A stretch of DNA of 64,000 bases from a virus (Duplodnaviria > Caudoviricetes), in IMG/VR virus record IMGVR_UViG_3300003937_000082, positions 63-64,062 of that record; one strand, given 5' to 3'. The notes beneath the pieces were generated by a model that worked only from the letters and a program-made list of their open reading frames with translations, was not told the origin of the DNA and searched no databases. Both the position numbers and the translations under genes were made by a program. Below, one piece after another: positions 11,196-19,893 of the stretch (position 1 is its first letter; each line of letters opens with the position of its first letter).

Positions 11196-12545
11196 ATGGC
11201 TATCACGTCCTCAGATCCAGACGACAATCCTGTAACACCCAGTCCTTCATTAAAGTTTGGTACACCCAATGACTCTGGGAACCAAAGCTTGCGTAAAGAG
11301 TTTCCTCATGAGACTAACACCGGACCAGATGGTCAACCTAGACAAGGAGCATCTTTAAGTGAGTATTATCGGGGTGCAGGAGTTGTCCCCTATGGCGCTG
11401 GCGGAGCGACACAAACAGAAGTTGGAGAATGGACAGATGATGAATTGGTTGAGTATAATCCTGACAAGCAACCGCCAAATGCATATGCAGATACAATAGA
11501 ACATCCTTCAATACCCTACACTGGACTTTACTATGTTAGACGAGTTACTGCGGCTGGAGCCACCGCCCTTGGGGCAGGACAGGGCTATAACGAAGGCGAT
11601 TTAATTTTCGCTTGGGGAAGTAGAACAAATGATGATGATCCATTTGCATCTGAATTTATAATTCCTAATGGAGCAACCAATCAGGCATACACTCACGAGG
11701 GATATCAATACTCTACCGGAGCAGATGCTAGTGGAGTACAGGTAGTAATATACCTGAATGTTGTAAACGTGACACAATTCAATTTGCGAGATATTTATAA
11801 TTCGTGGTTCGAGACTTACTACATTAAACGGAGAATATCTAATACGAATTCAACTCCAACTCCAGAAATAAATGAAAACATTCCTATAATAGGATCAGGA
11901 AAATATGGAACAAACCCTCCTATTAAGTTTTCTGATCTATACGGAGCTGTAAACTATGTTAGTCGAAGCAAAACTATAATAGGACATAACGCACAGACTT
12001 ATGGCACAATTGGCGCTGGCTCAAATTATATTTCAAATTCTTACCCAACAACAATAACGACCGATGGTACGGATGTGAGAAGTGGAAATCATTCAGCAAC
12101 GACTGGATCTAATTCTAATCAGTGGAGATCAGCCACAGTTCCTATGGGAACATTTTATGTTGATCCAAATCTCTTTCCGGGAGACGTTAGAATTAAATAT
12201 CCAGTAATTACTTATCGTTCTTCTGGAGACGTAGATCCAGGAGACGGCAGAGTTGATGTTAGAAATGTGGGAGTGAAAGTAAATCATTTAGGCAGTAACA
12301 ACGTCCAAACAGGTGTAATGCTTGCGACTGATATATTTACTTTAAATGGTGCTGATGGACAGAGCCTTAATAGTAGTCATAATCCTAGAACGATTAACAC
12401 TAATGGCACCTTTAATGCAACAACTGATAAGACTGGTAGATTTATAGTACATCTCACATTTCAACATTATCAGACAACAGACTTCGAAGATCCTGATCTT
12501 AACATTAAAGTAAATGACTTTGTTATTGAGTGGGAAACAGCATAG
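11196..12545 (+). CDS. Putative fibre-tip adhesin / receptor-binding partner of the S74 fibre
   Basis: Abuts the S74 fibre. MAITSS..SLSEYYRG..NIP..IKFSDLYGA resembles the N-terminal attachment motif of adhesins that follow S74 fibres. Confidence 0.55.
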   Translation: MAITSSDPDDNPVTPSPSLKFGTPNDSGNQSLRKEFPHETNTGPDGQPRQGASLSEYYRGAGVVPYGAGGATQTEVGEWTDDELVEYNPDKQPPNAYADTIEHPSIPYTGLYYVRRVTAAGATALGAGQGYNEGDLIFAWGSRTNDDDPFASEFIIPNGATNQAYTHEGYQYSTGADASGVQVVIYLNVVNVTQFNLRDIYNSWFETYYIKRRISNTNSTPTPEINENIPIIGSGKYGTNPPIKFSDLYGAVNYVSRSKTIIGHNAQTYGTIGAGSNYISNSYPTTITTDGTDVRSGNHSATTGSNSNQWRSATVPMGTFYVDPNLFPGDVRIKYPVITYRSSGDVDPGDGRVDVRNVGVKVNHLGSNNVQTGVMLATDIFTLNGADGQSLNSSHNPRTINTNGTFNATTDKTGRFIVHLTFQHYQTTDFEDPDLNIKVNDFVIEWETA

Positions 12546-12559
12546 CCGCTGATTGGTGA

Positions 12560-12567
12560 TATAAATA
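12560..12567 (+). promoter_or_regulatory. T4-type late promoter
   Basis: Exact intergenic TATAAATA about 40 nt before ATG 12609. Confidence 0.8.
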
Positions 12568-12608
12568 AAGACAGATAACCTTACATATTTTTTTAAAGGC
12601 AGCAACAG

Positions 12609-15600
12609 ATGACTAAAAAATTTAGCGAACTAAGTTCGATCACAACGCCAGCTAACACTGATCTCTTTGCGCTGTCCGATGTTTCCGAAACTCAGTCCAA
12701 GAAAATTACATTTGCGGACTTAAAGGCTTCTGTGGTTGATGAGTCTAGTTTTAATTTTGCAACTCTTGTATCTCAATTAAATGCACATAACCCAGCTAGT
12801 AATGGTCAAAACGGATTGTTTGCCACAAAGCTGTATACAAATAGTACAGATGGATATCAGCCTGGATCTTATTTCTTAACCTACGCAAATATATCTGGTA
12901 CTCCTGCAATACCAGTGGACCTTAGTGTACAAACTAATAATACTCCAACTATAGGATTCTTAAGATACAACCAAAACACTTCTTTTATAGAGTGGCGTGG
13001 TTCTGCTACACTTCAGATGTCGTCTAGTAACTTGCCAGAAGGCAATAACCTATACTATACAGATGAGAGAGCAAAAGCTAATTTAGTAGCGAACTTCGCT
13101 GAACAGTTCAACATTTACAATAGTACGTTTGATCAAGGAGACGTGAGAGATAGTGTTTATGGACTATCTGGTGCCTTTCAGAACAACCAAGTTTCGGGAG
13201 GACAACAACAGTCTAAGACTTTTCGTATAACTGGAGATTCTAGTTCAGAAGTAAGAGCCCAATTTTCAGTAGGACATACAATTAGGATATATGGCGCTCA
13301 AACAACATATGAGAATCCAACTAATGTAGCAACATTCTCATTAACTCCTCAAGGTTTTACAGAAAATGAAAATCAAAAGAAATCTGGTACTGCTGCCGCA
13401 ACTTATTCATACAAAATTTCAGAGTTCGACCTAGAAAGTGGAGAAATAACTCCTGCGACTGCCGCACAGACAAAAACAATTTATGTTCCAACTTCAGGCG
13501 GAGCTTCTAATGTCGCAGATCAGTTTAACGCTTCACACTTTATTAGATTAAGCTTTGCAAGTGTTCCTTCAGATAATGGCATTGCAGTCTACAGAAGAAT
13601 AGGCACATCTGGAGACTATAAACTTATTGCCGTATTAGGCAGAAAAGAAGTAGAATCTGGATCTTGGATTGACTATCAATCATTTGATTACACGTCATGG
13701 TCTGGTAAAAACGCTACAGATAATTCGTTCACTAGTATCGTTCATTTTCCACTCACAGCAGAGAGTGTGTCAAGACGTGGTTGGGTAGACAAAAAAATTA
13801 CAGCAATCACGCAAAACACAACCAGCTTTGATCTAACAATAGACGATTGGGTATTTGTTAACTCTGTGGATGGATCTGGAAAATTTTCAGCGCAGATTTG
13901 TCACAACGATACATCACTTATTCAGACTGCTATAACAAATAACGCAATAGCAGGAAAGAAAAGTATTGTATTGAATGCAAAGACTTACGTAACTTCACTA
14001 CTTTCTCTACCTGACAATTTCGGCTTAGTCGGAACATCTTACATCACTAAAATTAGAAAACTGCCATGGACTGGCGGAGATACATCTAATAGCAAGCTTA
14101 TTGTCGCAGAAGAAGCACAGGGTGCAAAATCAATGTCTATCGTTGGTGTTGACATAGATGGAGAAGCATCTAATCAGTTTTTATGGCCGGACTCTACGAC
14201 AGTTAATAAAAACTACTTGCTAGATTTTGGTACTAACTGTAGTTCATTGTTACTGGACAGAGTGAGAATTACAAATGCTCCAGCTGGTGGTGTTTACGCA
14301 ACCAGTCCAATCGAACTGAAAGTCAACACTAGTGAAATCACTGATAGTGGCATAACTGACAGATATCAATATAGTCCTTTGGTTGCCGATTCTGGATCAG
14401 ACACTATGATCGTCGGCAATAGATTTCAAAATTACACAGACTATGTAGACGTATCGGTTACCAATAAAGGCATTGTTGCAAACAACGTTATCAATAATTG
14501 TGGTAGTGGATTGTTTGTATATGGCTCAGTGTTCTTTGTATCATCGCCAAACGTTCTTATGGGACCAGCACAAGAGTTCTTGCCAACTCCAGATATTCTC
14601 AACTCTGAGTATGATCTCATTAATATTGATTTGTCGGCGGCGAAGGCTGCTTCAAGTTCTTACACTCCAACAACAGGTGGTTATGTTTACCAGGAGAACG
14701 GATCAGCGTTTGATTTATCTGCAACAGCAGGGTCTATCGTAGATATCACTCACCGTGCATTCTATATTCAGAAGACGGCTCAGGGCGTTGAAGAGATTTA
14801 CGGAACAACAACTCAAGCAGGAAGCTTCCAAGTTACTAATCCTAAGACTAGATATACTATTTTGACTCTAGGTAATACAACACAAGCACAGTGGAATACA
14901 GCCGCAGGAACAAGCGGTGTTGTGTACTCAGTGGGAGATACGTTCACTGCAGCCACCGCAGGAACTGGAACAGGTACTGCAACAAGTGGAGGAGTAGACA
15001 CGATTCAAATGGTTGATGTCGCCAAATCGCCAGCAGACAGAAAAGCTGGATTGTTCTCATTCGAAATTCCTGTCGCTACTGTTAACGCTATTAAAGATGC
15101 TGGTACTATAAAATCTATAGGTAGTTTTGTAGTAGGAAAAAGATATAAGATAACAAGTTTAGGCACTATAACAACTCAGGCTCATTGGAATACAGCCGCA
15201 GGAACTTCTGGAGTTACATATACTGTTGGTATGAGTTTTGTTGCAGCCGCTGTTGGCACATCAGGAGACGGTGCTGCCCTAGAGAATGGAGGTATACATA
15301 GCTATTCAACTTTAAAAGATGCGAATCCTTTACATGAAGGCATAGGATGGGCATCTACATTTAGAAACGAAGTCTCTTGTGGTACCATTTCTAATCAAAC
15401 AGCTCCTGCCTGGGCTGTCGATGAAGTCAACGGTACTGATCCCATATACTCAGTTCGAGTAGATAATCTATTGTATGCAAGTATAGGCAGAAGAGTTAGA
15501 TTCTCAGATCACACTGGTTGGAGTAACGGAGGAAACGTGACAACAGGAATAGTACACAACATTACAGTAAGCGGAACCGAATATACTGTTTACATAAAAT

Positions 15601-15716
15601 TTAGAGGAGCGGGAGGCGGAACAAATCCAAACAGTCCAGTAAACTTGGGGGTTGGTAATGGTGGTACGCTAAATATAATCGATAGCTTTGTGATGGCACA
15701 AGGAAGGATAATCTAA
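12609..15716 (+). CDS. Virion structural / tailspike-like protein with pectate-lyase-like beta-helix
   Basis: MTKKFSELSSIT..DLFAL N-terminus, NLPEGNNLYYTDERA repeat, and HNDTSLIQTAI..SIVLNAKTY beta-helix cap followed by IVGNRF/VANNVINNCGSG coils. Contains two copies of the ~50-aa inserted module. Confidence 0.65.
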   Translation: MTKKFSELSSITTPANTDLFALSDVSETQSKKITFADLKASVVDESSFNFATLVSQLNAHNPASNGQNGLFATKLYTNSTDGYQPGSYFLTYANISGTPAIPVDLSVQTNNTPTIGFLRYNQNTSFIEWRGSATLQMSSSNLPEGNNLYYTDERAKANLVANFAEQFNIYNSTFDQGDVRDSVYGLSGAFQNNQVSGGQQQSKTFRITGDSSSEVRAQFSVGHTIRIYGAQTTYENPTNVATFSLTPQGFTENENQKKSGTAAATYSYKISEFDLESGEITPATAAQTKTIYVPTSGGASNVADQFNASHFIRLSFASVPSDNGIAVYRRIGTSGDYKLIAVLGRKEVESGSWIDYQSFDYTSWSGKNATDNSFTSIVHFPLTAESVSRRGWVDKKITAITQNTTSFDLTIDDWVFVNSVDGSGKFSAQICHNDTSLIQTAITNNAIAGKKSIVLNAKTYVTSLLSLPDNFGLVGTSYITKIRKLPWTGGDTSNSKLIVAEEAQGAKSMSIVGVDIDGEASNQFLWPDSTTVNKNYLLDFGTNCSSLLLDRVRITNAPAGGVYATSPIELKVNTSEITDSGITDRYQYSPLVADSGSDTMIVGNRFQNYTDYVDVSVTNKGIVANNVINNCGSGLFVYGSVFFVSSPNVLMGPAQEFLPTPDILNSEYDLINIDLSAAKAASSSYTPTTGGYVYQENGSAFDLSATAGSIVDITHRAFYIQKTAQGVEEIYGTTTQAGSFQVTNPKTRYTILTLGNTTQAQWNTAAGTSGVVYSVGDTFTAATAGTGTGTATSGGVDTIQMVDVAKSPADRKAGLFSFEIPVATVNAIKDAGTIKSIGSFVVGKRYKITSLGTITTQAHWNTAAGTSGVTYTVGMSFVAAAVGTSGDGAALENGGIHSYSTLKDANPLHEGIGWASTFRNEVSCGTISNQTAPAWAVDEVNGTDPIYSVRVDNLLYASIGRRVRFSDHTGWSNGGNVTTGIVHNITVSGTEYTVYIKFRGAGGGTNPNSPVNLGVGNGGTLNIIDSFVMAQGRII

Positions 15717-15717
15717 T

Positions 15718-18700
15718 ATGTCAAGTATAACAAATGTAAATAATAACGCAAGTGTAGTTAACGTAGGTCGTACTACACCTGTTTCTCCTGGTGCTCAACC
15801 TGCTTCTAAGTCGATTCCAGTTGTAATCGCTACAGATCAGACTGCAATTCCAGTTGAGGAACAAAACAAAGTACAATCAGAAGTAGCACTTTCACTTTTA
15901 GGTATACCACGTGCTGAGGTCGCACTAGGTATTTTCGCAGACGTTAACACTTATGATGTTAACCCAAGTGAGTGGTCATCTTCTCCACAATATCATATCA
16001 CAGGACATGGTATTCAACATTTACCGACAGAAGCTGGCGCACTAGTAGAAGCACCTAGAAACAAAACAGCAGTTCTCACATCGAAGCGTTTCTTCAGATA
16101 TCAGCCTGGTCGTGTATCAGCCGCAACATTTGGTGTAAAATCAACTATCGGACAAAAGTCTTTCTCTCAGAATCCGTCTATTCGAAAATTTGGTATCTAT
16201 GATAACTTCGATGGATACTTCTGGGAAACTAGAGATGACTCACAAGAAGATAACTTTTCAGTAGTTAGACGCTCACAGTCTCTCACAAAAGCACCTAACT
16301 CTCCAACTGGTATTGCAACTCAACCACTTAAAGGTGGTGCACCTGCAGATACTATTGGTCAAACTCAGTTTGATGATTATAGAATTATCGGTAATGGTGC
16401 AAGCGAATCAATAGTGCCTAGTACACTCTTAGTCAAAGATCGTGAACTTATTACGAATAACAGATTTGCTATTATTGATGGAGTTGTTAACGGACTTGAC
16501 GCAAACAACTTCTATCAAAACTTAGCGGCAGCTATCGGATCACCTGAGACTGCGGCTTCTGTAAAAGAGAAGTGTGCAAGAGACCTAGACTACTGGGTAG
16601 ACTTCTATCTGCTAGATATGGAGCATGGTGGTACAAACCACACTAAGATTAATATCACTAACTATGCGACTGCTATTCTTCCTGCAATTGCTACTTACGA
16701 GAAACCAACTCACATTGCATTAGGAACTGCATTAACTGGATATTCAGGATTATCTTCTGCAGGTGTCGCAAAGCTTACTACGCTTACTGGACTTACGAAT
16801 ACAGCTTTCAATAGAAATAATGGACAGTCTGTGTTAGTTCCAAGTATCAGTGATAATGACTATGGCAACAGAAGTAAGACCGACACTATCTTTGCGGCTA
16901 AGTCGCATTACTGGGCATATCACGTAACTGCTAGAAACGGAGATACCACTGCTGGTAGTTTTGTAACTAACACAAAATATAAAATCTCTAGTTTAGGCAA
17001 TACAAATTGGAATGCAATTGGCGCATCAGGAACACCTGCTGTAGGAGACACGTTTACAGCCACCGGTGCTGGTTCAGGAACAGGTACTGCCGACTCAGCC
17101 GCAACATATGTAGTGCCATCTGGATATCCATATACAGTAGAAGAACTCAAGTACAAGTGTCAAAGAGACCTTGGATACATCGCAGGAGGATACGGAAACG
17201 ACATCGCAGGAGGCGGTGACGGAGAAACAAAGTATAATATGTCTATGTACTTTAAAGGTGGTAGACCATCGAGCCTTACTGCAGGCGCTGGCATGTCTAT
17301 CTACTCGCAAGCGGCAAGCGGTAATCCAGTACAAGCAGAGATTAATCGACACACTCACTTAAAAGATACAATCTTAGCAGACTTTACCACTTATTTTGGA
17401 TATACTAATTCAAGTTCAGAATACGTTAAACTGAATGCACTTGCAACAAGAGTTATTCAGAACTTCTCAGAAGAAGACACACAGCAAATTGATGTTGGTG
17501 ATAGAGGGTTTGCTGGCAACTTAGTTGCGATGCGAGACGGAATAATTTTAACGCACTCTGCTGTTTACGATCCACAACTTCTTAAAGATATTGAACAGAT
17601 TAGGGCAGTCTCTGATACTAATGATCAACTTAAACTGACTAAAGGCGTAGTCCAATTTAAGGGTCACGTCAAAGTTAAAACTGCTGTGCCTGTTCCTACT
17701 CCTTCTAGAACTGGAGGCACAGGACTTGCGGCAGGTCAAGTTTATAAAGTAGTTAAGGTAATTGGACCAAAAGGTAACGAGTTTACATTAGAGAGCGAGG
17801 ACGGAGTCGCACAAGTCTTTGATGCGGTAGATATTCCTGCCAACTTTAAAGTAGAAATAGTGGTACCTTTTATCTTCCCTAAAAAGGGTACTACTCTAGC
17901 AATTGGTAATACTAAACTCAAACAGGATCTACCGGGTGGAGCCAACGTATACGTAGCTGACCGGACGAAAGGGTATCACGGATATGATCCTGTAAACTAC
18001 AGACTCGCACATGGTCTTGCGGCAGATGGATCTAACGATACATTCACTAAAGGAATGGTCTTTCCCTATATGTACTCAAGCGATGATAATCTTAGTGCCA
18101 CAGATTCGGCGGTAAGTAGGCGTGTTGGTTATATCAACACTGCAATTGACATCTCAACGAAGGAGGGATTAAATACAGTATGTGACCAAATCGATTACGT
18201 CAACTTTGATCCCAACTTTGTAACTTGGGTAAGATTTAATGTTAAGCCAGAGTTTTGGGGAGTGTATGATTATCGTGTACCTAGATCAAGGTTCAGTCAC
18301 GATACATTAGACGGTAGAACTGCTAGTTCAAATCCGCCAGCAAAGAAAAGAGTGTACAGTGACGTTGCTACAGGAGAAACTGGCACAGCTAGACCTGGTC
18401 AAATCTATAAGCTAAATGGTCTCGGTCAAGATACCGACAGTTTGTATAACTTCGACTTTACCAAAGTTACCATGCTTAAGATCGAATTCTCTTGGTACGG
18501 TGCTGTTGGTGCATTGTTCTTAGCATATGTTCCAGTAGAGAATGGTGAAGCTAGATGGGTAAGAGTACACCACTTACGTGCTTCTAACCAATACAAGAAT
18601 GCCTCTCTGGGTAATGCGACACTTCCTATCACGTATACGACATACGGTGGCGGTGATCAATACTCACTTGGCGATGGAGAAGATACAAACTTCGTGAATA

Positions 18701-19890
18701 GAGGCTATGGATCTGAGTCACACTCAATTGTCAAATACGGTGCTTCGTATTACATCGACGGTGGTGATAGAGGTACTGTTCGACTATACAGTCACAACAA
18801 CGAAGATACTACAAAGGCTTACGGTAAGCAGTGGACTATTGCTAACGGCAGTTATGTATCAAGTGGCAACAAAATCGCAATTAACACTACGTCACTAGCA
18901 TCTGGAAACCCGAACACTAAAGTAGATCCTACGTTCTTTATGGGAGCTAGATTTAAGAGTGCGAACAGAACAGACCAAAATATTAAAGTTATTTGGGCAG
19001 ACAAAACTCACGTATACTTAAGCGGAGTTCCAACTGGAACTCCAACGGGCATGAAACTCTTAGTTGACAGAGCAAACGCAACTTATAATCTTGAAACAAA
19101 GAAGATTATTTTGAGTACACAACAGTCAAATGCTGTTCGTAACAGAGTACAGGTTTATCCTACAAAACTTTCTTCATCGAACTTGGGCAACAATCCAATT
19201 CGTATGAGGTTTAAGAAGACTCCTGTTTTCCAAACTGACACAGTATACAGCGGCACATTTGCATTGAATGCTCCTTATACGTTAAATCCTACTAATGAAG
19301 CTTTAAACACAGTCGGAATCACTGAGAGTAGTTCTCCTTACTTTGACAATAACGAAAGTCTTTTTGGTTGGTTCCAAGCACTTGTAGATGCTGATCCAGT
19401 AACAGTATTCGGTAGACTGTATAAAGAAAGTGATTTGTATTACTTCGAAATTCTTGAATCATACAACGGTACGATCCAGTTAAAAGCTGGTGCATTCTTA
19501 CCCGATGCTAGATTCGAGGCAGACGGAAAATATGCTGGATGGTCAGGCACTAGCCAAGACTATACAACTGGTACTAATCCAGCAAGAGCGATTGTCGCTC
19601 AATCAGTGGCATCTAAAGTAACTTCAGAGAAAGAAGGATTAAGTTCAATTAAAATTGCAAATGATACGGTAGTGCCAATTCCGAATACTGGTATTAACGT
19701 AGCGACTATATACTTACAAGAGGGAACAGAACAACTTGACCTAAGTCCTTACTTTGATTACAATAAAGAGTATCTATCATTCCCCCTTACGGATCAAGCA
19801 GATAGTCTTTATTTTGCGATTGACTCTGATACATCAGCGGGAGACACAGCAGACGAAGTAAGCATAGGTTGTACGTGGGAAGAACAGTAA
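15718..19890 (+). CDS. Large virion structural protein (cyanophage-type), paralog of 19894-23220
   Basis: 1390-aa ORF sharing SLLGIPRAE, SKRFFRYQPGR, VTMLKIEFSWYGAVGA, KYGASYYIDG and the terminal EQ with the next gene. Confidence 0.7.
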   Translation: MSSITNVNNNASVVNVGRTTPVSPGAQPASKSIPVVIATDQTAIPVEEQNKVQSEVALSLLGIPRAEVALGIFADVNTYDVNPSEWSSSPQYHITGHGIQHLPTEAGALVEAPRNKTAVLTSKRFFRYQPGRVSAATFGVKSTIGQKSFSQNPSIRKFGIYDNFDGYFWETRDDSQEDNFSVVRRSQSLTKAPNSPTGIATQPLKGGAPADTIGQTQFDDYRIIGNGASESIVPSTLLVKDRELITNNRFAIIDGVVNGLDANNFYQNLAAAIGSPETAASVKEKCARDLDYWVDFYLLDMEHGGTNHTKINITNYATAILPAIATYEKPTHIALGTALTGYSGLSSAGVAKLTTLTGLTNTAFNRNNGQSVLVPSISDNDYGNRSKTDTIFAAKSHYWAYHVTARNGDTTAGSFVTNTKYKISSLGNTNWNAIGASGTPAVGDTFTATGAGSGTGTADSAATYVVPSGYPYTVEELKYKCQRDLGYIAGGYGNDIAGGGDGETKYNMSMYFKGGRPSSLTAGAGMSIYSQAASGNPVQAEINRHTHLKDTILADFTTYFGYTNSSSEYVKLNALATRVIQNFSEEDTQQIDVGDRGFAGNLVAMRDGIILTHSAVYDPQLLKDIEQIRAVSDTNDQLKLTKGVVQFKGHVKVKTAVPVPTPSRTGGTGLAAGQVYKVVKVIGPKGNEFTLESEDGVAQVFDAVDIPANFKVEIVVPFIFPKKGTTLAIGNTKLKQDLPGGANVYVADRTKGYHGYDPVNYRLAHGLAADGSNDTFTKGMVFPYMYSSDDNLSATDSAVSRRVGYINTAIDISTKEGLNTVCDQIDYVNFDPNFVTWVRFNVKPEFWGVYDYRVPRSRFSHDTLDGRTASSNPPAKKRVYSDVATGETGTARPGQIYKLNGLGQDTDSLYNFDFTKVTMLKIEFSWYGAVGALFLAYVPVENGEARWVRVHHLRASNQYKNASLGNATLPITYTTYGGGDQYSLGDGEDTNFVNRGYGSESHSIVKYGASYYIDGGDRGTVRLYSHNNEDTTKAYGKQWTIANGSYVSSGNKIAINTTSLASGNPNTKVDPTFFMGARFKSANRTDQNIKVIWADKTHVYLSGVPTGTPTGMKLLVDRANATYNLETKKIILSTQQSNAVRNRVQVYPTKLSSSNLGNNPIRMRFKKTPVFQTDTVYSGTFALNAPYTLNPTNEALNTVGITESSSPYFDNNESLFGWFQALVDADPVTVFGRLYKESDLYYFEILESYNGTIQLKAGAFLPDARFEADGKYAGWSGTSQDYTTGTNPARAIVAQSVASKVTSEKEGLSSIKIANDTVVPIPNTGINVATIYLQEGTEQLDLSPYFDYNKEYLSFPLTDQADSLYFAIDSDTSAGDTADEVSIGCTWEEQ

Positions 19891-19893
19891 CTC

